Shown piece after piece: positions 20,713-30,914 of a stretch of 64,000 bases of DNA. Position 1 is the first letter of the stretch; each line of letters starts with the position of its first letter. The notes beneath the pieces are model-generated. The model saw only the letters and a program-made list of their open reading frames with translations. It did no database searches and was not told where the DNA came from. The position numbers were made by a program, and so were the translations under genes. Location of the stretch: positions 1-64,000 of the forward strand of contig JBEKIG010000015.1 of the NCBI GenBank assembly GCA_050011875.1, written 5' to 3'. Source of the DNA: Nitrososphaeria archaeon. GTDB taxonomy: Archaea > Thermoproteota > Nitrososphaeria > JACIWG01.

Positions 20713-21681
20713 GTGAGAAAAACAATGAGCCAAGAAGAACTGATGTGGGTTGAAAAATACAGACCGAAAGAACTGGAAGACGTTGTAAACCAAAAAGAAG
20801 TTATCGAAAGAATCATACCACTTATTGATAAGCCCCTTGAGATGCCTCATTTCCTTTTTGCAGGACCACCTGGCACAGGAAAGACTACGGTAGCTTTAAT
20901 CTTGGCACATAAGCTTCTGGGAAATGTCTGGAGAGATTATACCCTAGAACTTAACGCCTCAGATGAGAGGGGAATAAAGATCGTGAGGGAAAGAATCAAG
21001 ACTTTTGCTGGGTACGTAGATAGAAGTGTCAACATTCCTTTCAGACTTATAATCTTGGACGAAGCTGACGAAATGACACATGACGCTCAGACCGCATTAA
21101 GGAGGATAATGGAAGAGAGTTCCAAATATACAAGGTTCATAATGATATGTAACTATTCTTCTCAGATCATTGAGCCTTTACAGAGTCGATGCGCAATCTT
21201 CAGATTCCAAAGACTCGATAGGGAGGGGGTTGTTCAACAGATGATTAAAATATGCAAAAATGAGCACATTAAACCAGAAGAAGGAGCGCTAGACCTTCTA
21301 TACGATATTACAGAAGGTGATTTAAGGCAGACAATAAATCTTCTCCAATCTGCTATTATAGACGAAAAGGTTACAAAAGAAAGTGTCAAGAAACAGGCTG
21401 GAATGATGGGTGAAGAGACTATTAAAAGAATGGTCGAACATGCGCTGAAAGGAAGGTTCAATGATTCAAGAAAGATTTTGGTAGAACTTTTAAAAATAAA
21501 CGGTGTATCAGAAACTGAAATCTTGAAGATTGTAGGCAATGTTTTGATGGAGGATGATAGGATCGACCACGGAAAGGCAGCAGAAATTCTTGCCGAATGT
21601 GATTATCGGATTATAATGGGTGCAAATCCTGAGATACAACTTACAGCCCTGCTCTCAGAAATAGAGGACACTCTAAAGTGA
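20713..21681 (+). CDS. rfcS: Replication factor C small subunit
   Basis: WVEKYRP, GPPGTGKT, ELNASDERG, LDEAD, SRC. Confidence 0.96.
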   Translation: MRKTMSQEELMWVEKYRPKELEDVVNQKEVIERIIPLIDKPLEMPHFLFAGPPGTGKTTVALILAHKLLGNVWRDYTLELNASDERGIKIVRERIKTFAGYVDRSVNIPFRLIILDEADEMTHDAQTALRRIMEESSKYTRFIMICNYSSQIIEPLQSRCAIFRFQRLDREGVVQQMIKICKNEHIKPEEGALDLLYDITEGDLRQTINLLQSAIIDEKVTKESVKKQAGMMGEETIKRMVEHALKGRFNDSRKILVELLKINGVSETEILKIVGNVLMEDDRIDHGKAAEILAECDYRIIMGANPEIQLTALLSEIEDTLK

Positions 21682-21687
21682 TAGAAT

Positions 21688-22974
21688 TTGAAGCTTGAAC
21701 TTCCCCGTGGGCTAAGGGATATCGAACCCCAGGAATTCGTTAAGATGGAATGGCTAAGAGAAAAGTTCGTAGAAACATTAGGACTTTTTGGCTTCAACAA
21801 AATGGAACCGTCTCCCCTAGAAAATCTGAGCACATTGGAGACGAAAAGTGGTTCTTCAATAATCGATGAAATCTATTGCTTCAAGGATAAAGCTCAGAGA
21901 GATTTAGGCTTAAGATTTGATCTAACTGTCGGAATTAGCAGGTATGTTGCTTCAAGAAGGGATTTGGAGTTCCCGACAAAAATTGGAGCATTTTCAGGTG
22001 TTTGGAGATACGATGAGCCTCAGCACGGACGATATCGATGGTTTTATCAATGGGATTCAGAGATATATGGGAAGCCCCGAATAGAATCAGACGCCGAAAT
22101 CGTTGAACTGTCAACAACCTATTTTGACAAAGTTGGACTAAAAGGCGTGCAAGTAGAGCTGAATGATAGAAAGATCGTAGAAGAATACATAATTGAGATT
22201 TTAGGAGTGAAAGAGGAAGAAGCAGTCAATGAGCTCCTAAGACTGCTAGATAAGACCACAAAGAAGGGTGAGGAAGAAATTTTGAAAGAATACACGTCTA
22301 AGGGATTTACCGAGGAAAAAGTAAGAAAGGTTTTATCAATAGGAAAAATCTCAGGTGAGCCTAGTAGCGCGCTGTCGCAGTTGGATGAACTTCATCTGAA
22401 AAAAACAAACGATTTAAGATACATTGTTGAAGAATTAGATAGCAGAGGAATAAAGAACTTCCACATAAATCTAGGAATCGTCAGAGGAATAGACTATTAT
22501 AGTGGAATCGTCTACGAATTCTATGAAGGCTCTTTAAGCAAACTTGCTATCGCAGGAGGAGGCAGATACGATAAACTTATGCAAGTCTTTGGAAGGGATG
22601 ATATTTCAGCTACAGGTGTTGCAGGAGGAGTTGAAAGGTTGATGATGGTGCTTGAACAAAAAGAAAACCTTTCAAACGCCAAGAAAAAAATGATTTTTGT
22701 AGCAAATGCAACTGAAGACCTAAAACACAAGGCTCAAAAAATAGCTGCAGAACTTAGAAGGGAAGGATACCCTGCAATAACTGATCTGTACTCTAGAGAT
22801 CTAAGGAAACAATTTGCATACGCTTCAAAGCATTGCAGTTATGCTATAATCGTGGCTCCAAAAGAAGATAAGGAAAATTGTTGTATCACAAAGAATTTAG
22901 AAAGCGGAAGAGAGAAGATAATCGAATATGAAAGACTTGCTAACAGGCTAAAAGAACAATTCTTTGACTCGTAA
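21688..22974 (+). CDS. hisS: Histidyl-tRNA synthetase
   Basis: PRGLRD, LRFDLT, WRYDEPQHGRYR, VRGIDYY, GGGRYD. Confidence 0.96.
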   Translation: MKLELPRGLRDIEPQEFVKMEWLREKFVETLGLFGFNKMEPSPLENLSTLETKSGSSIIDEIYCFKDKAQRDLGLRFDLTVGISRYVASRRDLEFPTKIGAFSGVWRYDEPQHGRYRWFYQWDSEIYGKPRIESDAEIVELSTTYFDKVGLKGVQVELNDRKIVEEYIIEILGVKEEEAVNELLRLLDKTTKKGEEEILKEYTSKGFTEEKVRKVLSIGKISGEPSSALSQLDELHLKKTNDLRYIVEELDSRGIKNFHINLGIVRGIDYYSGIVYEFYEGSLSKLAIAGGGRYDKLMQVFGRDDISATGVAGGVERLMMVLEQKENLSNAKKKMIFVANATEDLKHKAQKIAAELRREGYPAITDLYSRDLRKQFAYASKHCSYAIIVAPKEDKENCCITKNLESGREKIIEYERLANRLKEQFFDS

Positions 22975-23132
22975 AGTCGACTCATGGAAGATCTTTAAAA
23001 GTCAAGTATCTCTCCATTTTTATGTAAACCGAGGATTCAGGAAGCATATCGATAGATATTATTTTAAACCTGCCTGAAGAACGGAAGAATCTTAAAGGAG
23101 TCTATTCTGAACTTTGGAAACTGTTTATGAGA

Positions 23133-23205
23133 TAGCCCGGACCAGATTCGAACTGGTGTCAACGGGTCCAAAGCCCGCTATGTTTGACCACTGCACCACC
23201 GGGCT
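23133..23205 (-). tRNA. tRNA-Gln(UUG)
   Basis: Cloverleaf AGCCCGG...CCGGGCT-A; anticodon arm GCGGG-CTTTGGA-CCCGT; TTCGAAT loop. Confidence 0.93.
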
Positions 23206-23232
23206 ATATGCTCACCTTTTGAAGAGATAGGT

Positions 23233-24291
23233 TTAAACCTTTTTCCCGATCGTCTCGATCTTTGAAATAATTTTTTCGCGAGGGTCTTCCAGAGAATCCC
23301 AAAATTCATGGGAACGCTTCCTGTACTTAATCCTCCAATCATCATCGCAACATACAAGGGAAAGAAACTTCATAAAAGCATTAACATTATCATGTTTAAA
23401 AATCAGTTTCTTTTTTATTAGAAACTCTTCAATCAACGTTGCTTTGCCTGGATAAGCAGATATTGCTGGCACACCTAGAAGAGCAGCTTCATGAGTCATG
23501 GTGCCACCCATTCCAACAAAGACGTCAGAGCTCTTGATCAAACTAGGCCCGTCTACGGCTGAATCTAGCAGGGTGATATCATCTCCAAATTCTGTCTTCA
23601 GATTGCTATTCCCGTTCTGATATCTGGATAGTATGATGATATTGGCTTTATCGGCATATTGGTTGACGATCTCCCTCACAAAACCAAGTACATTACCACC
23701 TTTTCCAAGGAGATAGGACGCGTACTCTTCGTGCATTCTTATTGTGATGGTTAACCTCTTCTCCAGACCTAGCTCCTTCTTCATGTCTCTAAAGTGCCAG
23801 TTCCTCAACCATATATATGCATCAATTGCTCTGTAATGAATAACGTTTTTCGCTTCAATACCGTACTTGGTCCAAACGTTCGTAGGAATAATCCAAGGTG
23901 TAAATAGAAGTCTAGAAAGGGGAACGGTTAATTTTGATGCGTGAACGGCATGCGGGCTATCGCTAAAGTTTAGGTGTGGAATTCCAAGGCCGAAGGATAC
24001 TCTCGCACATTCTGGAGATGAAAAGGACAAAGCTAAGTCGAAGCACCCATCGTAAATGATTTTTGAAAGAGCTTGAATTCTTCTTGAACTTTCGACAAGT
24101 TTCTCGAAAGGTGTAAGCCCATGTTTTCCAACAACTTCTAAATAATAGTTAACGATCGACCCTAATTCATAACCTCCGTAACCAGCCCGAGTCGTCGAAA
24201 AGACCTCATGCCCACCACTCTTCAACCAGTCTTTAACTACATTAAAGAAAAGGGCCTGTTTTGGCGTTAATGCGTCAATCCAAACTTTCAT
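23233..24291 (-). CDS. DUF354 family GT-B fold glycosyltransferase-like protein
   Basis: MKVWIDALTPKQ, VGKHG, GGTMTHEAALLGVPAIS. Confidence 0.8.
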   Translation of the reverse strand: MKVWIDALTPKQALFFNVVKDWLKSGGHEVFSTTRAGYGGYELGSIVNYYLEVVGKHGLTPFEKLVESSRRIQALSKIIYDGCFDLALSFSSPECARVSFGLGIPHLNFSDSPHAVHASKLTVPLSRLLFTPWIIPTNVWTKYGIEAKNVIHYRAIDAYIWLRNWHFRDMKKELGLEKRLTITIRMHEEYASYLLGKGGNVLGFVREIVNQYADKANIIILSRYQNGNSNLKTEFGDDITLLDSAVDGPSLIKSSDVFVGMGGTMTHEAALLGVPAISAYPGKATLIEEFLIKKKLIFKHDNVNAFMKFLSLVCCDDDWRIKYRKRSHEFWDSLEDPREKIISKIETIGKKV

Positions 24292-24331
24292 ATTTTTAGC
24301 ACAAAACTATATAATAGTTGAGGTTTTAAAT

Positions 24332-25471
24332 TTGTTGATGACGTGGAGCAAAAAACACCTCACGGTATACGGTCTGAGTAAAGAAGGATATGATATGGCT
24401 TCAAAATTCTCTGAAAAGGGGTTTGAGACCTTAATAATAGATGAAAGACTCAATTCACCCATGAAGGTGAGCAGAAAAGACTTCTCCAAAAGTCAAACTG
24501 TTGACGAGTTTTTTGAAGAAGAAACTTTAGCTGAAATCACATCCCTCCAAGACACTATATCGAATTCAGACGTTCTCGTCTACTGTCCAAAGATAAGATG
24601 TGAAGTCACTGAAATCTATCACCAATACGAGCGTTCATTAAAGGAGATAATCCCAATTATATCTAAAGGATCAGTCCTCATATTTTCGGTGCCACTGGGT
24701 TTCGATGGGCAAAAGGAAATAGTAAAAATGGTTAGAAAATATACAAATCTCGATGGAAGTGAATACGGCGTAATCTTTTTACCACCCTTCTTTGACGGAA
24801 AAACAACCGTCGTAGGAACATTCGGAAACGTGGAAGGTGCCCAAAAGATGTTGTGCGAAGCACTAGGACAAAACATCCAAGAGTCAACGCTTGAAGAAGC
24901 CGAGAAGATCTTCTTCAGCAAAATACTGGAAAGGTTCTCATACTACACAGCTCAGATGATCACCTCGACCGCCGCTACCAACCCTGAAGAAGAACATCCC
25001 TATTACAGCAATCTCTTCTCTTACTATACGGATCTGAAAATGATCTATATAACAACAGGGAGAGGAACGCAGTTGAAGAGTTTTTCAAGTTCCTTGATCA
25101 GAATAGTGGAAAGCTACCCAAAAAACCTATTAAACTACCTAAAAGGATTAACTAAAGAAAATAACGTAAAACCTAGCAGGGCAAGAATAATTGCATTATG
25201 GAGCAAGAGCAGCTATCACATAAGACCGGACATAGAAAAGGCATCGCAGGATCTGATTTTATTGCTGCAGGACATCTTTGTTGACGTACAAGTCCTTTCA
25301 TACCGAGAGTTAGTGCAGAAAAAAATTCTTTCTTCAGCCCTGAACAGGAACCCTACATTTTTAATAGCCTGCTCAGATTTAGATTACCAGAGTGTTTCAA
25401 ACCAGATAAAAGGGAAAAACCAGATGATTACGGTTATTAAGGCTACGTTGCCTCCGTCAAGGTGGCCATGA
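24332..25471 (+). CDS. Divergent UDP-sugar dehydrogenase-like protein (probable pseudoenzyme)
   Basis: Degenerate Rossmann start VYGLSKEGY, LEEAEKIF helix, overall size and glycan-cluster context. Confidence 0.45.
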   Translation: MLMTWSKKHLTVYGLSKEGYDMASKFSEKGFETLIIDERLNSPMKVSRKDFSKSQTVDEFFEEETLAEITSLQDTISNSDVLVYCPKIRCEVTEIYHQYERSLKEIIPIISKGSVLIFSVPLGFDGQKEIVKMVRKYTNLDGSEYGVIFLPPFFDGKTTVVGTFGNVEGAQKMLCEALGQNIQESTLEEAEKIFFSKILERFSYYTAQMITSTAATNPEEEHPYYSNLFSYYTDLKMIYITTGRGTQLKSFSSSLIRIVESYPKNLLNYLKGLTKENNVKPSRARIIALWSKSSYHIRPDIEKASQDLILLLQDIFVDVQVLSYRELVQKKILSSALNRNPTFLIACSDLDYQSVSNQIKGKNQMITVIKATLPPSRWP

Positions 25472-25472
25472 A

Positions 25473-26411
25473 ATGACAGACGTCAAGATAGGTGTTATAG
25501 GCACAGGTGGCTGGGGTAAGAACCATCTGAGGGTGTTAAACGAGCTAAAAGTATTGGGGGCGATCTGCGACCTAAACGAAGACAGGGCTAGAGAGAATTC
25601 CAAGAAATATGGGGTTGAGGCTTATACAGATGTTGACAGCTTTCTTAAACACGACCTTGATGGCGTCATCGTTAGCACACCTACAAAAACACATTTCCAA
25701 ATAGCTTCAAAGGTTATAGAAAGCGGAAGAAACCTTCTGGTAGAAAAACCTTTCACATATGATGTTGAGGAAGGAGAACACCTTGTTAAGAAGGCTAAAG
25801 AAAAAAAGACGATTATGACTGTTGGATTTATAGAACGATTTAATCCAGCCATGATAGAAGCTAAAAATCTCGTCTCAAAGGGAAAAATAGGAGACCCCCT
25901 TTATTTGATGTTCATCAGAGAAAACAGATGGCCCGCTCATATTCTCGACGTAGGAGTTATTTTGGACACAACAATACATGATATCGATCTTTCAAGATGG
26001 TTCTTCGGTAAAGAGCCAACATTGGTATTTGCAAGAACAGGAAATTTCGGATTAGACAGAGAAAGGGTTTCAGCCTTAACTTTAGGATTTCCAGAAGAAC
26101 GTTCATCGTTGATAATATCAAACTGGATAACACCAAGAAAACTCAGGCAACTTGAAATTGTCGGAGAAAACGGGATAATATCCTTAGACTTTATTACACA
26201 GGAAATCAAGATCGACCTAGAGGATAGAATAGACATACCTAGAATCAAATATGAAGAACCGCTCACATTAGAACTAAGGCATTTTGTGGAGTCTATCAAA
26301 GAAAAGAAGCAGCCAGAAGTTACGGGAGAGGATGGTGTGAAGGCAACCAAGATAGCCCAAGCCGCATTAACTTCAAACAGGCTTGGATCAGCAATATTTA
26401 TAGAGCTCTGA
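25473..26411 (+). CDS. Gfo/Idh/MocA oxidoreductase (WbpB/WlbA-like)
   Basis: GVIGTGGWG, LVEKP, VGFIERFNPA, DTTIHDID. Confidence 0.88.
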   Translation: MTDVKIGVIGTGGWGKNHLRVLNELKVLGAICDLNEDRARENSKKYGVEAYTDVDSFLKHDLDGVIVSTPTKTHFQIASKVIESGRNLLVEKPFTYDVEEGEHLVKKAKEKKTIMTVGFIERFNPAMIEAKNLVSKGKIGDPLYLMFIRENRWPAHILDVGVILDTTIHDIDLSRWFFGKEPTLVFARTGNFGLDRERVSALTLGFPEERSSLIISNWITPRKLRQLEIVGENGIISLDFITQEIKIDLEDRIDIPRIKYEEPLTLELRHFVESIKEKKQPEVTGEDGVKATKIAQAALTSNRLGSAIFIEL

Positions 26412-26461
26412 ACAAAAACGTAAAAATAGTAGGATAACAGAAATATGAATTTAAGATAGGG

Positions 26462-26950
26462 ATGAAGAAAGTAATTAACTATGTCAGCAAAAAAGCCAAG
26501 CTGGGAAAAAATGTGAAAGTTTGGCATTTCACCTATGTAGGAGATAACACGATTATAGGAGATGATGTCATGATAGGATCTTTATGCCACATAGACTATA
26601 ACGTCAAGATAGGTAGCCATGTTCGAATAGAAGGATTGACGTATATACCTCCGCAAACGGTTATAGGTGACAATGTTTTCATAGGTCCAGCTACGGTCTT
26701 TACCAACGACCCTTATCCACCAAGCAAGAAGATGGCAGGTGTAATCGTAGAAAATGATGTTTCAATAGGTGCGAGGTCGGTAATAAAGGCAGGAGTAAGG
26801 CTCGGAAGAGGCTGTGTGATAGCGATGGGATCTGTTGTAACAAAAGATGTCCCCTCTGAAACTCTTGTCATAGGCTCCCCCGCAAAACCAGCCTACGACA
26901 GGAAAACATACGATGAAAAAAGGAAGACGTGGGAAAAAAGTTCTACCTAA
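26462..26950 (+). CDS. Hexapeptide-repeat acyltransferase (WbpD/WlbB-like)
   Basis: Left-handed beta-helix repeats, VFTNDPYP, GSVVTKDVP, GSPAK. Confidence 0.88.
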   Translation: MKKVINYVSKKAKLGKNVKVWHFTYVGDNTIIGDDVMIGSLCHIDYNVKIGSHVRIEGLTYIPPQTVIGDNVFIGPATVFTNDPYPPSKKMAGVIVENDVSIGARSVIKAGVRLGRGCVIAMGSVVTKDVPSETLVIGSPAKPAYDRKTYDEKRKTWEKSST

Positions 26951-27188
26951 AAACACTTATCCTCGCTATATAATTCCTTATCAAAAGCAGCGAGGCAAGC
27001 CATGCCAAGGAGAGGACCAATGAGAAAAAGGCTTGAAGAACACTTGTAATTACCCTTCCGCTAAAACCGTTTGATATTTGAGGGAAAGGAACAATCAACA
27101 GGAACACGGCGAAAGTTAAAAGCAACAAGCTTATCCAAGAAAAAGTTACGAGCAGAATAAGGTAGACAAAGTTCTTCAACGGCTTCAC
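26943..27188 (-). CDS. Small two-TM membrane protein
   Basis: Two hydrophobic helices; overlaps the aglH stop by 4 nt. Confidence 0.6.
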   Translation of the reverse strand: MKPLKNFVYLILLVTFSWISLLLLTFAVFLLIVPFPQISNGFSGRVITSVLQAFFSLVLSLAWLASLLLIRNYIARISVFR

Positions 27189-28198
27189 CTCTTTATCAGT
27201 AACGAAGTAAGAATCGCCAAAATAGTGCTGAAGACAAACAAAAGTAGAATCCTCGTCGAAGCCTTCTTTTCGGACATGGGTCCGTCGGCAACAATCAGAC
27301 GCGCTAGAGTCATCGGGGCCTTCTTATCTCTCGATGCCACCAAGAGCCCATCTTCATTCATGTAAACAGGTCGCGCTTTTATTGATCGATGCTCAACCAC
27401 ACCCTTGATGCTTGCAAGAATGAAGAATCCATTCAATATCGCAGGAACAAAGGCGATAAGTGAAGGAATCTCTGTCCTAGTAACTATTGCGCTTGCACAA
27501 AACAAAGCACCTAACATCAGGCTTCCTGAATCACCAGCAAATATCTTCGAAGGATATTTGTTGAATAGAAAAAGTGCAAACGATGCGGCAAATATTAGTA
27601 GCGGGAAGATCACGTTTTCATAGTTCCCATATAACAGTATAGGAATTATTTGAGAAAAACATAGTATAGCACTCGAACCACTTATTGTTCCGTTATAGAC
27701 ATCTATCATGTTAAACGCGTTCGCAACTACAGGGATAGCAAAAAGAACAAGTAGTGGATAAATTATGGTTATCCTAACCGAACCAAATATGGGAAAAAGA
27801 AGATGTGAATCATAGACTCCAAAGAAAAGCAGTGGAAATGATCCAATTATTGTTAAAGACGTCTTCAATTTACCGCTTAGAACCTTCAGGTCGTCGACTA
27901 GACCGATCAAGAATATTATTGATATAGACAAAAAAACAGCAAAATATTTTATTTCAAATGTGTAAGCAAAAAGAAGGATAAGCGGTAGACTTATACCGGC
28001 AAAAATGGCTGGGCCAGCGGGTTTGGGAACAAGTCTTTTATCTTTCTTATGGAAATCTTCAACAACGAAACCCTTCTTCCTAAGAAAAATTGTTGAATAA
28101 TATATTAGTAAGAATGATATGGTAAAACAGATTAGAGACAGAACGATTATAAGATATGATGGCTCCAAGTCAAGTCTGGGCTCTAGGTTTAAATTCAC
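27185..28198 (-). CDS. aglH: UDP-GlcNAc:dolichol-phosphate GlcNAc-1-P transferase (MraY/AglH family)
   Basis: GLVDD, NAFNMIDVYNG, FNKYPSKIFAGDSGS. Confidence 0.8.
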   Translation of the reverse strand: MNLNLEPRLDLEPSYLIIVLSLICFTISFLLIYYSTIFLRKKGFVVEDFHKKDKRLVPKPAGPAIFAGISLPLILLFAYTFEIKYFAVFLSISIIFLIGLVDDLKVLSGKLKTSLTIIGSFPLLFFGVYDSHLLFPIFGSVRITIIYPLLVLFAIPVVANAFNMIDVYNGTISGSSAILCFSQIIPILLYGNYENVIFPLLIFAASFALFLFNKYPSKIFAGDSGSLMLGALFCASAIVTRTEIPSLIAFVPAILNGFFILASIKGVVEHRSIKARPVYMNEDGLLVASRDKKAPMTLARLIVADGPMSEKKASTRILLLFVFSTILAILTSLLIKR

Positions 28199-28227
28199 AG
28201 ACTTATTAAGATACGCTCAGATGAAGG

Positions 28228-29259
28228 ATGAACCATATACAGTGGACAAAAAACAGATTAAAGATAATCGATCAAAGTAAACTCCCAGGACAGGTAAAAT
28301 ATCTTTACTTAGACGACTTAGAAGATTGTTATAGATCTATAATATCAATGCAAGTTAGAGGGGCGCCTCTAATTGGTGTAGTGGGTGCGTTTGGTCTGGC
28401 ACTACTTGCAATAAGCATCAAAACAGATTCGATTAAAGAGTTTTTAGAAAAAATTGAGAAAGGAGCAGCGTATCTGTCTGATGCAAGGCCAACAGCATAC
28501 AATCTTAGATATTGTGTGGGGCTTGTTCTTAAAGCAATAAAGGCTCAGAAGAGTATCATCACAATGAAGGAGCAGGCAATAAATGAAGCTTTAACAATTA
28601 TGATGACGGAGGAAGAGAACAGCAAGAAAATAGGAGAATTTGGGGAATCCTTGCTAGAGGACGGAGATACTGTTCTAACTCATTGTAATGCAGGAGCACT
28701 CGCCACAATCAAATATGGAACAGCTCTAGCCCCAATACGAATAGCTGTCGAGAGAGGAAAATGTCTATATGTCATTGCAACCGAAACCAGGCCAGGACAG
28801 CAGGGTGCCAGGCTTACAGCCTGGGAGCTTTTTGCAGACGGTATACCTGTAACCGTGATTGCGGATACTGCTGTAGGATATTTGATGAGTAAGGAGATGA
28901 TTAGGAAGGTGATCGTTGGAGCTGATAGGATTACATCTGATGGATATGTTTTCAACAAAATTGGAACGTATCAGATCGCAGTCCTGGCAGCAGAGCATCG
29001 TATACCATTTTATGTTGCGGCACCCTCTTCAACCTTTGACCTGAAGACAGCCCACAATGAAGTCGTTATAGAGGAAAGGGAAGCCAAAGAGATTGCAATT
29101 GTAGGCAGAAAGAGAATAGTTCCGAAGGGTGTAAGAGTGTTCAATCCTGTATTTGATGGGACACCGCCAACATTTGTTGAAGCAATAATAACAGAAAAAG
29201 GTATAATCCTGCCACCATATGTTGAAAGCATAAGGAAAACGATTCCTGATAGAATTTAA
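28228..29259 (+). CDS. mtnA: Methylthioribose-1-phosphate isomerase / eIF2B-like
   Basis: MQVRGAPLIG, ARPTAYNL, LTHCNAGALAT, ETRP, GADRI, NKIGTY. Confidence 0.88.
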   Translation: MNHIQWTKNRLKIIDQSKLPGQVKYLYLDDLEDCYRSIISMQVRGAPLIGVVGAFGLALLAISIKTDSIKEFLEKIEKGAAYLSDARPTAYNLRYCVGLVLKAIKAQKSIITMKEQAINEALTIMMTEEENSKKIGEFGESLLEDGDTVLTHCNAGALATIKYGTALAPIRIAVERGKCLYVIATETRPGQQGARLTAWELFADGIPVTVIADTAVGYLMSKEMIRKVIVGADRITSDGYVFNKIGTYQIAVLAAEHRIPFYVAAPSSTFDLKTAHNEVVIEEREAKEIAIVGRKRIVPKGVRVFNPVFDGTPPTFVEAIITEKGIILPPYVESIRKTIPDRI

Positions 29260-29547
29260 TAGAGTGGAAGTTACTAAAGATGGTTACACGATTTATATCT
29301 CATAGAGCTCACATATTAGTAGAATAAAAATGGCTGTAACTGTTTTCTATGTGAGGATAATTAATGAATTGATATTAATTAACATATCTCAAAAACAGGG
29401 TGAAAGGGAATAATTCACTTCGAAGGATAAAAAGGACGATGAAAAAGTATTATTTAGGCTATAATCAGGATTTTAACCCTGAAAATTAGTGTAGAAGATG
29501 TTACTAGCAAAATTAATAATGCACATAACATAAACAATGATGAGATA

Positions 29548-29622
29548 GGGCCCGTGGCCCAGTAAGGATAAGGCATTGGCCTTCGGAGCCAAGGATCGTG
29601 GGTTCAAATCCCACCGGGCCCG
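29548..29622 (+). tRNA. tRNA-Arg(UCG), integration target
   Basis: GGGCCCG acceptor stem; anticodon arm TTGGC-CTTCGGA-GCCAA; T-arm GTGGG-TTCAAAT-CCCAC. Confidence 0.93.
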
Positions 29623-29623
29623 C
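29585..29623 (+). repeat. attL core (3' half of tRNA-Arg)
   Basis: ggagccaaggatcgtgggttcaaatcccaccgggcccgc. Confidence 0.9.
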
Positions 29624-29647
29624 TTTAACGCTTTGAGAGAAATTCAT
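29585..29647 (-). CDS. Integrase N-terminal fragment (intN) MNFSQSVK + att-encoded residues
   Basis: GGAGG 5 nt upstream of ATG 29647; in frame with the AGPxGFEPTILGS att peptide that starts intC. Confidence 0.65.
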
Positions 29648-29685
29648 TTCCCCTCCATCTATACTCTCCTCTTTCATCCATGTAG

Positions 29686-29910
29686 TCAACTTAAAAACAC
29701 CTCTTTCTTTAGAAGTTTGACCTTAGCATAACAGTTTGGACAACTTACATAGACCGTGTGTAAACCTCTATACTTCCACATCCAACCGCATCTCCCACAC
29801 TTTAGAATAACTCCATCCTCAGCTTCTACCCCCGAGGAGTTAGCGGAGGTTTTTACAGGTGCTGAGAACCTCTTAATGATATTATTAATCAACGTTACTA
29901 CCTCCAACAC
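29686..29910 (-). CDS. Small Zn-ribbon protein
   Basis: CGRCGWMW...VSCPNC; true start may be downstream of 29910. Confidence 0.65.
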   Translation of the reverse strand: MLEVVTLINNIIKRFSAPVKTSANSSGVEAEDGVILKCGRCGWMWKYRGLHTVYVSCPNCYAKVKLLKKEVFLS

Positions 29911-29955
29911 TATATAAGAGGCGGAGGGGTACCCCCTTTTCGGTAATAGCTAAAT

Positions 29956-30579
29956 TTGCAGTTAGTCCTTAAAGCTAAATTCAAATCTAGACAAGAGATA
30001 GAAAATATACTAACTAAGCTTAAGGATAAGTATAACCCCCAAAAATATAAAGAGAATCCATCACAATATGTAAAAGAGATTATATCGAGGTCGTTTGACA
30101 AGCAACCTTTCCTAGTAGAAGAATTCATAACAGTAGATTATAATTTAGAAGATACTGGAGCTCATAGAACAACTACAGATATTCATATCCAACCTATATT
30201 ATCAGATATTGGCAAGGACACGGTGCAATTGATTCCCTCAACTGGGAAGATAAATCTTTTTTACGATGACCCTATTGGCAAACAATTAGGATTAGAGGTA
30301 ATCTCAATGTTATGCGAAGAATACAGTCCTGAAAAAGCAGTAGAGAATATAGAGAAAGGAACTATCGAAAGACTTGGATGGCTAGTCAGATATCTTACTG
30401 TCCAAAGACAAAAGGCCCTGAAGGTAATCGCAGATTTATTAATTGAAAGAGACAAAATAGGACAGGAAGAAGCATTTAAGCAAGCTATGAAGCTCGTAGG
30501 CATACCAATCTGGCCCATAAAAGAAGATGAAGCATTTAAGCAAGCAAGAAAGGAATTTGAAGATGCTTATAGGAAATAA
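29956..30579 (+). CDS. Hypothetical cargo protein (207 aa)
   Basis: Long ORF in the element; internal EAFKQA duplication; no recognised family. Confidence 0.65.
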   Translation: MQLVLKAKFKSRQEIENILTKLKDKYNPQKYKENPSQYVKEIISRSFDKQPFLVEEFITVDYNLEDTGAHRTTTDIHIQPILSDIGKDTVQLIPSTGKINLFYDDPIGKQLGLEVISMLCEEYSPEKAVENIEKGTIERLGWLVRYLTVQRQKALKVIADLLIERDKIGQEEAFKQAMKLVGIPIWPIKEDEAFKQARKEFEDAYRK

Positions 30580-30914
30580 AGCATGATGCAGACTAAAAAG
30601 GCTATTAGTCTCTCTATTACGTTTGACATTATATAATCCAGTCACGTTCCTACCGAATGCAATGCTATTATGCTGCCTGCACATGCAAGTACTGATGACT
30701 ATTGATTAATTGGAATACTTAAGAGAGGGTCTAGGAGAGGAATAACATAGAGCTGATACATGTCATATTGGGATACTTGCAAAAGAGGATAGGAGAAGAA
30801 TAAAGCTCAATTTGACCTTAATAGACAGAAAGGGCTTCAAAAAAGGAGGAAATTAGCTTTAGGACAGCAGATTAACATTGTCGCAGATTTAGTTAGAATA
30901 GCACAGTAGCATCC

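Noticed and set aside
30760-30909. Short frame MSYWDTCKRG*EKNKAQF... inside the mini-element
   Set aside because: Too short, interrupted and with no recognisable homology
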